A DNA stretch of 64,000 nucleotides, from NCBI GenBank assembly GCA_002633005.1, contig NMRA01000112.1, positions 812,659-876,658 of the forward strand. The letters run 5' to 3'. Numbering within the stretch: position 1 is the stretch's first letter; each line of letters starts with the position of its first letter. The position numbers and the translations under genes were made by a program. The notes beneath the pieces are model-generated. The model worked only from the letters and a program-made list of their open reading frames with translations, was not told the DNA's origin and did not search any database. Source of the DNA: Phoronis australis. Its lineage: Eukaryota > Animalia > Phoronida. Of the stretch, positions 38,901-53,900 are shown piece after piece.

Positions 38901-41900
38901 AGACGCGTGTCTCTAAAACTGTACTTCACAGGGGGTTATGGTTCAAGCAGATGGATATACCTTGTGAAGGCCCCAATCAAGCTAAATGAATTAGCCCTGA
39001 ACTAAAATATTAATTCGAGAATTCATCGGTCGCCAAAAGCAAACATGCACAACGTACCAGGAAAAGAATGAAGACATTTGTCTTGGAGTGGAGCAGAATT
39101 GCCAAAATTTAGTTGCAGTTCGAGGAGTTCGTTGAGGAACTAGATTTTAGGCTAAGTCAGGGCTGGCAGTCTGAACCCCTGTGCGTGGGTTGAGTTAGAG
39201 TTTTGATAGATATTTCCTAAACTTTCCTGTTCTGCGTCATTTCCAACGGTATAAACGGTACATAGACATATTTACATATTAAATGACCTCATGCCTATGC
39301 CGAAGTCGGAAATGCTGATTAAGCGTTTTTTATGCAATTCTGTGGCAATATTTGAGACAGGTCGGCTTTGTTTGGTGTAGTCTAATCTCGATCTAAATGC
39401 AGTCTTGGTCCGTTTAAAGGAATGAGAGACAACCTTCCCGACAGGACTGTACGTTTCACGCTAACTTTATATCGCGTAATCTCATTGAAAGTGCTTTAAA
39501 TATCAACACTTGCAATTGCCACTGTGTTATGTTTACACTCTCCGTATATCCGAATGAACACTCAGAAATTTCATCACTCGACTATAGAGACCGAGCTAAT
39601 CGATTTTCGCTGAGCGACAGATCCGAGTTCAGTTGTCAGTTGAATAGGCGTTTCATTAACGAAGTGATGACTCCGATGACCAAGAGAGTATGAAATACAT
39701 AGTTAAGCGTTTATTTAAAGTGTCCTTGAGCTATCACTCGAGTTTCTTTGCAAACCAACCATTGTCAAGTGCCAAGCGTTCCTTTGTAATGTTTGACCTA
39801 AACGACTTGCTTAGTTTTGAGAAGAGAAATTTCAACGCTGAATTAAGTGCTAAAACAAGAAAAAGTTCTCAAGATAAAGAATTTAAATTTTTTCACGGAA
39901 GATATCATGGCGTCCATATTAAAATAATCGTATTTCCCTCAAATGCTACTCCGGTAAACATTCGTCGATGAATTCTTACGCGCATGCTCGTTTTAACTGC
40001 TATTAGTTGATCGACGCCTATCGAAGTTTCAGATACTTTATCATTTCGTAGGTCGAAATTAAAACCCACAAGTACAGATTATTTTTTCTTTAATCGTTTT
40101 TGGAAGTTGGATTTGTGATGTTCACAGCCCAAAGTTACAGAAGCCGCCATAAATAGGTGCTCTGTCAAAGACACCAATTTTTAAAACCTGACAGCAGCAA
40201 ATATACATTTCATATCAACTCCTGCCTAGGTCGATGAGAAGAGGGTTCAGGATTGGAAAGAACTGGTAGTTTGTTTCTGCTTTAGACCATAATCGGTGCA
40301 AAATGATCCGCTGTTAGTGCCAGACAAACTCGCCCAGCCTGAAGTCTCGAGCAATAACGTACTGTCAGGTCTTTCCAAGCCTAGATAGCACCCCTAATGT
40401 GAGTCAGGAGCAAGTTGAAACAAAAGTCATGTCTGTCACTAGCCAAAATCACATGTCAGTTCCATCGCGTTCTGCTACCATGCAAATAACGCCATGTTAT
40501 TGGCGTGCAAAGAAAACGGAAAAAAGGTATTGAAAATATGTAGCCCGTCACGCCACCTGCTTATAGATCCAAACATCGGTTGATTGAAACAAACGAGAAT
40601 GGGAAATTTAATCTCCATTTGCAATGCTCTGTTGCACAATTTTACGTCTGCAAACTGCTGTTCGGATGTAGCAAAAGTCAGTCACAGCGTTCAGATCCTT
40701 CATGGAAATTGTATAATTGCCACCTATGACGAAAGGAATGTTTTCTTAGTTGTATGAGCAAAGTAGCCTGTTTTCAATAGTAACACGGAACGAATAATAA
40801 AGATGAAAGTTACTCAGTGGTGCAATGTACAAAAACAGCGTGCCAAATTTTCCACACACATTCGTTAATGCTTATTTTTTTTCAAATAATATACCTGAGT
40901 AATTTTGTGAAAGTTCTAGTTGGTTAGTTGATTCGATACTCTACGAACTCTGGGCCAGTCAATGTTTCTTCAGATATAGTCATTTACTGGCACTGTTACA
41001 GGGTTGCGGAGGATAACTTGTTGCCCACCTGGATAGATTCCGGCAATTGTCCTTCGATAAACTTTTACATCCTAAGGCAACACCGGCATACCATACCGAG
41101 ATTCTGTGCGATTCCGGACGGACGCGGTATTTTCAGACGAAAAAAACTATGGTATTGTCTTCAGTAGCCGATTATTTCTGATTTTGATAACCTTTTCTGC
41201 TTCTGTTTCCTGTAAATTTCTCCTATGGAATAATGTTGCACCAAATGTCGATTTCCACGACGTGTTTGGAATCCGGCTACTGGACGAGACCTTCTCATTA
41301 CCGGGTAACCTCGGAGCAAGTGATGCAGTACACCAGTGACAAATTATCGGCAACAGACAAAGCAAAAGCTAAAAAAATGGCATTTGCTGATTTAAAAAAT
41401 TCTTTGTGTTGTACACCTTACACAGAATCAACATTTATGTCTAGCATATATAACCGGCATCAAAATGGTTCTCAAAATCTGTGATCCCTGTAAGTAGCCT
41501 AACATTGCCATAAGTAGCAAGGTTACCTACGCTCATATGAACATGGATATCTTTAAAGATGGCGTTCTTTAAAGTCATGTGTTTTGGTTATATCGTACTG
41601 CAGAAAGACAACATTTTATAAGACTTCCGATTTTTACTATAAAAATCACAAACGTTTTTTTTTTTTTGATAGCCCCCTCTCCAGATAAAAATATAACACT
41701 GTGAAAGCAAATTTTAACTGCCCATCAGTCGTTCCTAAAACTTGTCCAAATCTGGATACGTCAAAAGTTAAATGGTACTATTCCATGTCACATAAAGAAA
41801 TCAATGTGTTCAAAGATGAAGAGGATGATGATGATTTTTTAGCATGACGACGACAAGGACGACGATGATGAAGAAGTCGACAATGACAACAGCGTCTAGG

Positions 41901-44900
41901 ATATTAATCACAATGGTGACAACGAAGATGATGATCATAACGTTTGTGAAGTTGAAGAAGGTGATGACGATAACGATGACATTATGATGACGATGCATGA
42001 CAAAGAAGATAACGATAGCGACAATAATGAGGACGATCTGTCTATCAAGGGAATATAGAAAACTCAACATAAATTCCACTCTTTGGAGACAACGTGCTTT
42101 CATCGGTTCTTCACCATACGCCATTCGACGTTTTGGTACACGAGTCAGCTAATTACTGTCCTTTGGGTTACTGGTCACATCTCACCATATTGTCTGCGAG
42201 GAAAGAATTCCAAAATTCTCTTGAAAGGAACATGCTTTCTATTAACAAGATTTCGTTAATAAGTTTGGCCTTTTAGTCAGTCTTAATCAGCTGGTACCCG
42301 TTAATGAAGCACTGGTCAGATTTTTAATAACCTCCAAAGTATTACAAGCTGGCCATTAGGACTTTTACGTCTTGGTCAAATTACCACAGTGTCACCATAC
42401 TAAAGTACTTAAAGCATCAGTTGTTCAAACATTTGAATAACAGCGTCAATGTTGGCTTGTGATTATTTTGTTACATGACACATTCATTATTGTATTTCCA
42501 TTCGTTGTTAATAACGGTAGAGTCGATGCCTGTTTTTAATGCACAGTGTTGTGCCTTTCAACATCTAGGTCTTCTAAATGGATTTCCTGTTGCGTGGACA
42601 CAATGCGCAACAGCACGTAATAACAAGAACGTGCCAAGCGAGCTCAAGGTATGCGAGAGAAGCCAAAACAAAACACGTGGGATACAAAACTTCTCATGAT
42701 TCTGTTGGGCGCTATTGCTTAGACCAATGGATGGCATTCAAAGATATGGTTTGGGAAATAAAGTGCAGGATGGTGACCCCTTTGTAATATTTGTCCCTTG
42801 TTGGAAAGTACGGAAAAGCACGTCGAGTTGGTTGCATTTGGTGTGGCCTTTTGCCACCAACTTAGAAAATGTAGAAATGGTGAGAGTGTCTTCATTAAAT
42901 TACACAAGCACGGGAATTCTTGTGAATTTCAACAATATCTACCAATCGGCCTATCACACATATACGGTAGTATCTACACAGTTCGTTATCAAAATATGAA
43001 TTCAGAATACTAAATTTAGTCGCTAATGATGCTACTTTTGCATAATGAACGCAAAAACACTCACAGCTTTCAAAGCCTTTTATTTTTTAGCTAAGAATTA
43101 TTTTCTAAAATGTTGTTGGTATATCTTATTTAAATCAGTCGAAATGTGTTGGGATAAATCCCAGTAGACTCGACATTTTTGTTTCGTGATATGTTGACTT
43201 TAGCGTCCGTCGCTACGCCGCGCATCACTGGCCTCAGTCTCATAAAGCTCACCCTGAACAGGTTCAAAACTATGCAGTGTAATCGATTAACCAAAATTGG
43301 TTGATTTCATTAAGACACCCCTTCCTCCTTCCACTCTCTGACACGTCAGTAGACGTTAATCAATTTTATACGAAGCAAGGTTTGCTAAATGGTCGAGGTG
43401 GCTTGTTAATCTTGTTAAAATTGAAATACAATTGCGAACTGTGTGCAAGTTTTTATACACATGAAGACCTGTAACTCTTACTAAAATTTAAAACTCCTGG
43501 CCACTGCATTTACAAATGTGAACAATGCATGAAATATGTCAATACAAAACTTAATCTGTAAATATAGTGCACAATGCGTAAAGATAATATATGCCTATAC
43601 ACAGTGTATACTAAGTAAAACAACATGATGAAGACCTTGATTATGTTGTGGTGACACTAGGCGATGTCAGAAGGACGACGGAGGTCCCCATAGAGATGGT
43701 GGCGAAGACGACGACGACGACAATGGTGAAAAAATTATAAACGTTATGGTGACCATGACTACATCAATGACGATGACGATGATATTGATGATGACGATGA
43801 CAGCGTGAGTATGATGTTAATTGTGAATTTGACAATAGTGATGACGCTGACAATAACGATGGTGTCGATGGTGAACATGGAAGTGACGGTGATTATCACG
43901 ACGGAGGAAACGCGGTCTATCGCAACTGACACAAACGACATGGTGCCAGCAAATAGAGTTACCACGTGATGAGAATTTTCATTGCCGGACTACATTAACC
44001 AGATTGTTAGTCCGTCACCTCCCTCTCGAGGGAGAAAAAGTTGAGACCCTCATGTTCATGTTCAAACACCGCACAATTGAGAGATTTTTTGGGATAAGTT
44101 CCTCCGAAGTGCCTGGCAATTTTAATACTTTAATAACATGGATCTCTCTTGAATCCGTACAAGGTACCACGGACTTGCCATATTGGGAGCTTGAAATTCA
44201 AGGAGTTACTAACCCGTTTTGAAAAATTCATGAATTTGAAAGCGGATCCCATACTTTGGATAGTCATGGCTTAATGAAAGGATAATGTCAAGTCTCAACA
44301 CATTATACATGTTTGAAGATCTTTGCAATATTACAGTTACTGTTACTCCTCTTGAAATGTCATTGATACGTATACACGATATTTGAAGGGGATCTTTAAA
44401 GTACTTAAAGCACGGTGTTTTATTTGCGAGCCGCTTTTGAGGTTTCTTTAATTTCGGTGAGCAGGAATTACAGAATCAGTGTTATAAATATTTGCCTTTT
44501 TGAAAGGTTGTTTGATTCGGGTTAGTTCTAAAGGTCTTGAAGTGCTCTGTAAGAAAAATCTGACTTTTGATAAACGGAAGTGTCTAGCTTTTCGATAATC
44601 TTCAATTCCGAAGGAGGACGAAGTTAAAACTTACTTAAGTTAGCAATTTAATATGTAGCATTCTCGATTTGTTCCAACAGAATATAAAAGTACACACCTA
44701 AAAGCGCTTCACTTTCATTCTTCATTCGTTGATACGTCATTACTTCCAAAATATTATCTTTTAATAAATCGTTGTTTACGCAGTCAGGTTTTCTTGTAAC
44801 TAATTCCACCTGTCATGTTTTTAGCACGGGATGTTTGTTATAACCATGCTCGTCATTTGGATTTTGTTATTACTGACAATACGCTGCATTTACCGAAAGT

Positions 44901-47900
44901 TTGTACAGGGCTCGCTCTCAAGTGTCTTTTCAATTTCTTAAAGGTCAGCGACATCTATAGACATTACATTGTGCGAACAGCCGCACATCACTGATCCGAT
45001 TGCGACATGAGGATTGTTAAAGGAGCTATAAAACCGACTTCGGTTAAATCAAACTCTCTTTCGATTCAAACCAACTACTTGTGTATAAAGGACTCAACGT
45101 GTTTTGTTCCTCATATAAGTTAGAATGGGGTTTCTTGGCAGCGGAATAGTTTCGTTATTGCCAGTTGAGTGAGACCATTTTAAGCAAGTTGTGTCAAGCC
45201 ATCTAAGCTTACTATTGTACCTATTTTCTTAACACCATCCATAATGCCTTGGTTCAGCCAAATGCATTATCAAAGATGAACCCAACGCAATCTTGCCTGA
45301 ATACATTTGCACTGTTGAAGCGAGCTATGATGGAATGCACAGAGAGAAAGTGTTCTTATAACTTACACACGTATTTAATGTCTGCTTGAAACCAATCGGT
45401 GTCAATCCGTCTCACGCTTTTGAAAACGTTGATTTTTGAACTTGCAGAGTTTGGTGAAGATAAACGATGTCTGGTTGTTGAATGGTCAACCAAGAATGAT
45501 GTCAGCCGTTCATAGCAAATTGTCAACATACATAAGCACGTACATGTATGTAGACTTTTCGGTGTATTTAAATGAATATGTTGAGCACTGCATGACTTTA
45601 CAAAGTCAAAGCTACATTTCGCCCTCGTTATCTGACTAAAACAAAAATGGAATTAGGCCTTTTAATCTCATTAAATCGATCGCATTACGTTCTTTCCCGT
45701 GACTGGATTCTATTATCATTACGAACTGAAGTCACAGATAGTGCTAGTAAACTATGCGCCATTGTAATCGAATTAGCAATTTTTGTGTACAGTGTAGGTC
45801 AACCCCTTTAAACTCTGAGGCGTTTTATTGAATTGCTGACTGTTTCAATGCCTTGTTGATAACGGAATTAGAATTTTATCACGGTAAGGAATATTATGAG
45901 ACCAATTTAAGAGATCAAAACACACGGCTTGCAGCCACCCAATCATGGCAAACTGCAGCGTTAACTGGCGAAACATCAGCCATAATTCAGATGACAAACG
46001 GTGTGATCGTCTTGTTCACTCTTCACATCTCACTCAAGCATCTAGTTTTTTATGCCCGGAAAGAAAAGCCTTCAAACACAATCTTTGAGCAGAGTTGTCT
46101 AAATATTTAAATTGTTCAATCACGCTTACAGATTATCTAGTAGCGTTCTGTGGTAAAATTGACTTGCTTGGCTTTCAAGATCTTCACTAGGCTCTAACCC
46201 AAATACAGAGTCTGGGTTCGAGACTAAGGAATCTCATGGTGGAACAAGTCAACATCCAGTGTACATGTATAGTGGTAAATTTAGAGATACATACATACGC
46301 ACGAAGCCCAGCATATCATCTTGTTATCTACGCGCTATTGTACATCAATGTCAGGTATATAGAGGACTAAGACCGCACTACCCTTGGCCGATTTTGACCC
46401 TATCACTGGCCTTCTGGTCAATCAAAGCCCTTGTTTGCACAGCTATCTCGGACACCTGAAAAAAGGCATAATTGACAGAAAATACTACCTATGGGGTTTC
46501 TCAAAAATGAAGGAAATCATCATGTCTCTTTACCGTGCTACATCCTTCGTGAATAAACATTCGAGGTACCAAAAATGACCAAAAAAGTGCGATTTTGGGT
46601 ATACTTTTTTCCTAAATCACACATTCACGACTGCCCCGGAGCAAGAAAAGAGACCATAATCCGGATTCTCTTTTACTCTAGATTCCAGAAATTTCAGTTA
46701 AAATCTGTCATTAACAACCAGATTTTTGAAAATTTTCTCTTGACTGAAGCATACCTGGATTCGCGCCAAGCATTCAAAACTCAATAAGGATGTGCTCTCA
46801 AAATATCGGCACTTCTATATCTTTATAGACAAGAACACATACCAAATTTCTACTCGAAACAACGCCAATGAACTGGTGCATACAGTGTTCGAACTCAGCA
46901 AATAAATATGCTGATCCGCCGAGACAGTTAGTCTTAAAATTCACTGTCCAAGATGCAAAGTTAACTTTTAAAAATTACTGGCCCGGCCGCAACTCCAATG
47001 GTCCCAAAGACACATGGCCAGTGCATTCGACAGTTGACTGAATACCATTTAATTGTGGCAATCACTTCCCATCTAGTCTACAAAACTGCCGTCTAAACCA
47101 AACCAACCCATTTTATTCATTTTTGGGGAAAGCTACACGAGCCTCTACTGTGGCCTTAGACCATGAGGTACATTGTAAATGAAAAAGTTGGTGTACCGCT
47201 TCTACGTGGGTTTACGCCAAACGCGTGTCGGATTGATCTTGTTTAAACTTAGAATGTTGGTGGACAAAGTGAGTTTTCTGATGAATCTGTGTCTGGTCAA
47301 AACGTTGATGACAATAGTATCTAATGACATGGAGTTTAGGTACGCAGTTGAAAGTTCTGTGCGAATCATGTTTTCTGTCGCCAGAGTCTCGCCTAATCAC
47401 AACCTTTTTATGTTAGTTGGCGCAAAAGCATGTAATTGTAAATCAATCAATTGATAGTGAGTTCGGGGTTTCAGTCTGCAGCGTATTAGATGAACGCATA
47501 AATTGAAGAAACTTCCAATTAGCCTCCCAGTGCACATTTCATAGTAAACACCGTCATTTACGTGTCAACTTGATTCATTCTCCGGCAGAAACAATGAGCT
47601 CCGTTCTGTTGCTGTCTCGCTACATCTAATACTGAGTGTAGTTGATATAAATAATGCAATTAAATGAAAAGATGCCAGAGAAGAACTGTATGAATGATGA
47701 GGGTGATCAGTCAGTGATGTGGTGAAACGACACAGTCTCAGATATAACACATCACAGTTGACCAGAACATTGTTTTTAACTTGAGTTGAAATATCATTTA
47801 CAGAGCAATCTTAAAATTCTGTTGTCCTGGGCCCGGTCTCTAATCTTTGTACTCGAAACGAACTCGAAACTATTTTTGGCAATTTCTCTGCTCTTTTTGT

Positions 47901-50900
47901 GCGAACTTAAGATAATTGGTTATCAGACTGTGTTCGAATACATTATCGTTTATGCATAGGAGTTTTTAGTTCAAGTTTGCCGTTGAAGACCCTTATATTC
48001 GTGCTACAAACTCGAGTAAAAACTCGAAATTTCGAGTTCAAACTCGAACTTATTGCTTTAATATTGGGTTTACAAACTGTGAACTAAGGGCAATAAATTA
48101 TCCACGTAAGTTATTGTGTACTCGAGCATAGAATAATAGACACTTATCTTGAGTTCACCCAAAAGTAGAGTAGAAAATGCCAAACCTAATTTCGAGTTCC
48201 ATTTCGAGTAAAAANTCTTAAAGTTATGGAAACCACCCTAATAATTTGGCTTAATTTGGCAGTTCATATCTCATGAAAGGCTATTCGGATTCATAAGAAA
48301 CTTTCAGACAATATTTTAGGCGTTCTTCTCCAATACGCGTTGAATTCTTTTGCCCAGTCTTGCATGAGGACTGTCAAAATAGGACTTTATGATTTTCAAG
48401 AAAAAAATAAAAAAAATGTATAAAATGAATACGAACTGATAATTAAGAAGCTAACAGCGCTTTTGAAATTCCGTTTTGAATATTTATATCAAATTAAATT
48501 TAGGATTTTATCGATAGACTTGTTTTACTATCAATTTACCATTCCTTTTGTTTGAATTTACAGCGAAACGTTGTCACGTGATGCAGCCATGGGCAGATTG
48601 GTAAACAGCCAAAAATCAAAATCTAGTGTTGTTACAGTAGATTCTTGCTCCAACTAAGCAGACTTGTCGTTAGTATCTTACATAACCTCAAAAAGTGTTT
48701 GAACGGACTGGTGTGATCTCACGACTTCATGTTTCACAACTCGGGTGAGAAACGCGTACATATATGGTATTCAAAGACTGCTAAATGTTAGCATTTTCGC
48801 GAAGTCATATTCACTAACAAACTGAACTCCAGTAAAGGATATCGCCAGTATTTCTTCTTTCTGTTGACAGCCATCTTTACAAAGAAGTCCCAGGCTATAG
48901 TTGTTATGAAAAAAAAAAAAAAAAATTAGTTTTCGCAATTTGTGACACAACAGCGTTTTGAACGACTTTTAGTAGGGATCAAACTTTCTCCAGCTAAAGG
49001 GCTGCTACGGAACTGATAATATAATATGCACATCACAGTTTTAAAAATGCTGCTTCCAACCCGAGTGTAGAGATTTATTTTGTTTTTTTGTAAAGACTTG
49101 ATACATGTGGGAAGCATGTTCCATTTAGAAACACTTCCTTAAAATCATATTTAATCGACAATTTTTCTAAAATACAAAATGGTCAAACTTGGCAAAATGT
49201 TTTTTGTGACACTAGCAAAAAATCATTTGAACTTAAGCTTTGCGAACTAAAGCAAATGCTGATTTACAAGAATGTTTCTATATTTTCGTCATTTTGCGGG
49301 CCCATACCAATATTTACCGGTACCTAAATTCTCCTTTCCACAGTTCCTCCAATGACGTTCCCCACGTCTCAATATTCCCAGGGTCCTATGTTCCCCAGTT
49401 CTAATGCCAATCTCCAGACGTTTATTCGCGTCAAAATTACTGAGACCCGATGTTCTCTCTTTCCTATCACACCTCGACTCGATGTTACGTTATTTCTGTT
49501 GCCAACTTTTTTGTACCAGAATGCCAAACGTTTTGTGTTGTGTGGCACATTTTTTCGTTCTCCAATAAACGTGTATTATGCCCATAATTTTGTTATCGTT
49601 CGTGTTTTTAAACATGGTCATCCTAAAAAGCAATTCACATGAGGTGATAATTCAATGGTGGTGGTTATTAAAATTTTGGAATCAAACAACACGTTGACGA
49701 CCTTTCGTTGCACCATCGCCTTATCTCACGTCGCATATAATATAGCTCCCCCCTCTTTGGTGTTAAAGCTTGACCCAACCATACACACACACTTACACAA
49801 TCCTCCATGTGTTTTATATACTACTCTAGGTATGTTGCGAGCAGTATCGGCGTTTTGAGTATGTTTGGTCTAAAAACGACCCAGCGTGTAATCAGGTCGG
49901 ATAAATGTGTATGTTTGTAGTTATTAGACCTGCTTGGCGGGTAAAGATCATCAGCGTGACTTCCTTAAATATCTTTAATCAACTCCATCTGTCTCTTGAT
50001 AGTCGCTATGTTTGATATTGGTACCTGTTCGCTGGCATTTTCCTATGTAGACTCAAATGCCGTGCGAAACATTTAAAGTGAATCTAAACCACGTATTCGG
50101 GTTTCATGTCTTTTATGGCCGCAAAAGAACATTTCGTGTGTACTGCTACATGCATGACAAATCACATGGTCCAAAACATTTAAAACAAGAGCTAAAGTAG
50201 GCTAGAACTGGCGAGACATATATCGCATCCGAGACCCAGCATACTTCCTACAAGGCTCTCCATTTCGTAACAAAAATTATTAAATTTCGTTGATAGAAGT
50301 GCTGCTCATACACAGTATCAGAAAATTTCAGTTGGTTTTTGAGCATTCGGTACATAAGTCACAATCTACGTGCTCCACAGAGCACCCGAACCATGTAAAG
50401 CGAATTAATTCACGCGTAGGATTTAGTGTTCGTATACCAGCGGGATAATAAAGGTTCATGTTTTCTTACCAAGTAAATGGATTTTGTCCTGTTACATGTA
50501 CGTGCTGTTGTAAAGCGAGCTCTCAATTTTCCAGAAAGAAATAAACCATTACAAAGTAAAGTATTTTGTCTTACTGTATCACTAATTGGTGGATCGTGTC
50601 CCATGTAGAATTAGCGGCATTCGGTGTCCAGCACCTATTTCCGGCATGGAGAAGATCGAAAAAGACGGAACGAAACGCTTTCGGCATGTTGTATTCAATT
50701 TAAGATCTACGTGGACACAGTTTCCTTTGGAATAGGTAGATGGAGCTTCCTCTTTGGAAATGTTGGATCCGCTATTGTCTGTGGTTAAAGGCGGGTGTCA
50801 TTTTCCCATAGTCATTGATTATTAAAGGTTGTGTATGCATTATCCAAATTTCTACAAATCTATAGATTGTAACTGAATGAAAGTTTTCTGAAAGCAGAAA

Positions 50901-53900
50901 TATTTTCGAAATTTTAATAATCATTTAGGTCAAGTGATGTGGCCAACAGGTGGCGTGCAGAAAAGACTTATAAAATGTTTAGAATCTGTCATCTATTGGG
51001 TGACGGGGCTGTGTCTTTTTGATAAAGTTTAGCAAATTAAAAAGGTACATTCATAACAGGACGACCTTACACTTGTAGGCTCACATATTTTGTTTGACGT
51101 AGATGCCCAAGACATCTAAAAACGATGTTGTTGTTACTTTAATTATTATTTTGTTTTCATTCGTACGCAACATTTAAACTCAAACGGCCACACAAGATTG
51201 CCGACATAGTAGACTGTTAGATTTTTTGCAAGTTGAGGGGATCGTTCCGTAGATGAAAGACATTTAGCCTGTCTCCTCAACCAGTATCTGTCCAGCGAAA
51301 TAATATGGATATATTCTGAACAATCGTCATTGTTACAACTTTAAAGTTGTTGCTTGCTAAATGCATGTTAATTTCGCCCTTGATTCTATGTTACCTCCAC
51401 TATGCTGATTGTTCGTGGTATTCTAATGCATCCAGTTATAGGTTACACCGATGTCAACGTAAAATTATCAGAGTCTTACTAAAACTCCAGCCTCGAACTG
51501 GTATCGAAGCATTCGAATTCAGCCAAGTCAATTTTTTTCTATTTTCTTTCGTAGCCTTTGTTCTTAAAACGTGATGTACGGATGTTCTCACCTCTGCTCC
51601 TCCATACTCGCTTCTTAAACAGAGCTGAAAGTCCACCAGAGGGCTTTCCACTGCTTGGTGAAATGGCTATAAACCAAAAGTATGAGATGATAATTTTTGC
51701 TCACTGTGTTAGTACTAACCAAATGGAAGTCCCTTGACACAAAGACGGCAAATGGTCTCACCGGTTATGTTTCGCCTCGTTTTACCTTACTCTAACAACA
51801 ACGAATCAAATCGTCTGCTAGTCGATAACTAACCAACCCTGAAGCAAAAATGGTTGGAAGTCCGCACAGTGAAAGATTTGAATCAAGTGCCATGTTACAC
51901 ATGAAATATTAACTTGCACAAGTCGAAATTAGGATCGCGTGAAAAAATTTGTCTCCAGAATTAAAACAGTGAATGTAAGTGCACGAAAATCAAGCCCGTG
52001 TAAAGAAACTTTTCACTCCACGATTCCACTTTTCGCTCATCATTCCGCCATTTGTATTTTTTAACTTACCGGTAAATTCGTGGACTAAAGCATTTTTTGC
52101 TCATTTTGTGACATTGGGGTCACTACATGACGTCATTAGGTCAACAAAAAACTGACAAGATGGCAGACGATTCTATTCGTTGTTGATAGAGGAAGGAAAA
52201 ACAAGCGAAATATAACGGGTAAGATCGTTTGCTGTTTTCTAAACGTGTCACGCGAAATTGATTTTATTAGCGCTAACACACTGAGCAAAACATTTCCTCT
52301 CATTCTCTTGGTGTATATCCATTTTACCAAGTGGTGAGTATTGGCTAATCGTCTGCCATCTTCCAGTCTTAGTTTTTGATCTAACGACGTCATGCTGTGA
52401 CCTGAACGCCAGCCAATGAGCCCAGTGAATGCTTTAGTTCATGAGTTCGCCCGCAGATTAAAACTGCAAATGGCGGAGTGACAATCCAAAAGTAAAAAAC
52501 GCGAAGTTTAGAGTGAGTAAGTTCTTTCGAAGGGTTTGATTTCTGTGCAGTTATATGCACCGTAATCTTTCTTAAGATCAGTGTGTTCCAGTAGCAGATT
52601 TGGAGGGGGGTAAAAGGGGCCCGTGTCCCCTACTAAAATTCTCCCAGAATCCATTTGGCAGTTCGGGGATGCGAATATCTGACGGCCAAAATCCGGGATA
52701 ATACTCTGCTCTGCATCCCACTAACTCAAAATCCTGAATCCTCCCCTGTGTTCACGTGAAAGCAATATTGACGCCAGCGGGTTAATGTTTGACTTGCAAT
52801 TCTTGTATGATGTGCATGGGACTTCCTTCTACACTTTTCACTGCGCGGACTCCCAACCCTGTTTGAGGGTTGATTTACCGACTAGCAAAAGCACCTACCT
52901 CTCCGTTGCAAATTCCCTAATGCGAAACGTCTGGCAAGGCATCATTTCATTGCAGTGGTGTTCGAGCCTTGAATGAAGTTCCTCACCACATTAAAGACAT
53001 CACACCCTTCCTTCTTTTAAACGATCAACTACAACCATTTTGTTTAATAAACTGCCTAATAACGAGGGTAACAGGCCTGTCTATTACTGAGTTTTACTTT
53101 TATATTCTATATTCTGATAGCTACTTTTGTTGTTCATATCGCCTATCTTTATTTCCAAGTATCATTTGTGCATTTAAATCTATTTGTATTTTGTTCCGGT
53201 TTTGGTATGTTTACATATTCATTTGAACTATTGAATCTTTTTCCAACAACCAATTGACAATTGATACATGTATAATAAATACCTGCCTTTTTACTATCCA
53301 TGTTTCCCACTTGTACTTTTATTCGTTTTCATTTTCCATTATTTTCTGTTATTTTTGTATATGTGTGAGCCAAATAAATCAATTAAAAGTAAAAGGCTTG
53401 GGAACAAAACTTGTGTGATCATACGCTTCGCGAGTAATGAATAGCGATATCTCCCTTTTCTCGCTAGAAATTTGCTCTACGAACGCAGCTCAGGTCATAT
53501 GATTATTACGTGGCCGTCATATTCAAACACACTGGTGTAGCTACTAGAGGCATGATTGTCATTCATTTCAATTTTGCATTTTGTCCCCCTATAAAAGGTC
53601 ATGCGTTTCATCGCCATCCCTGGTGGCCAGCAGGTTCGTGTTTGCCCTCCCTGTCGAATACTTCTGGCTATGTCAGTGTTTTCTCAAGCATACGGCACGA
53701 CATGGCGTTTCAAAAAGACAAGTAAAACTGTTGATTTGCTAACGAGTTGAGTGACAAATGGTTGTTCGCGATTTCGTATTGTATGTAATTATTCCAATCA
53801 ATTCGTCAAAATTTGTCTTAACTTCCTGCAATGTAGCCAGATGTATTCATTGCCTTCTTAGACTAAAAACAACCTGCAGCTGCTCACGTTTGTAGTATTT

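Noticed and set aside
41233-41484. Possible Gypsy RT-RNase H linker (AFADLKNSL)
   Set aside because: The match is too short and there are no supporting upstream or downstream motifs or LTRs.
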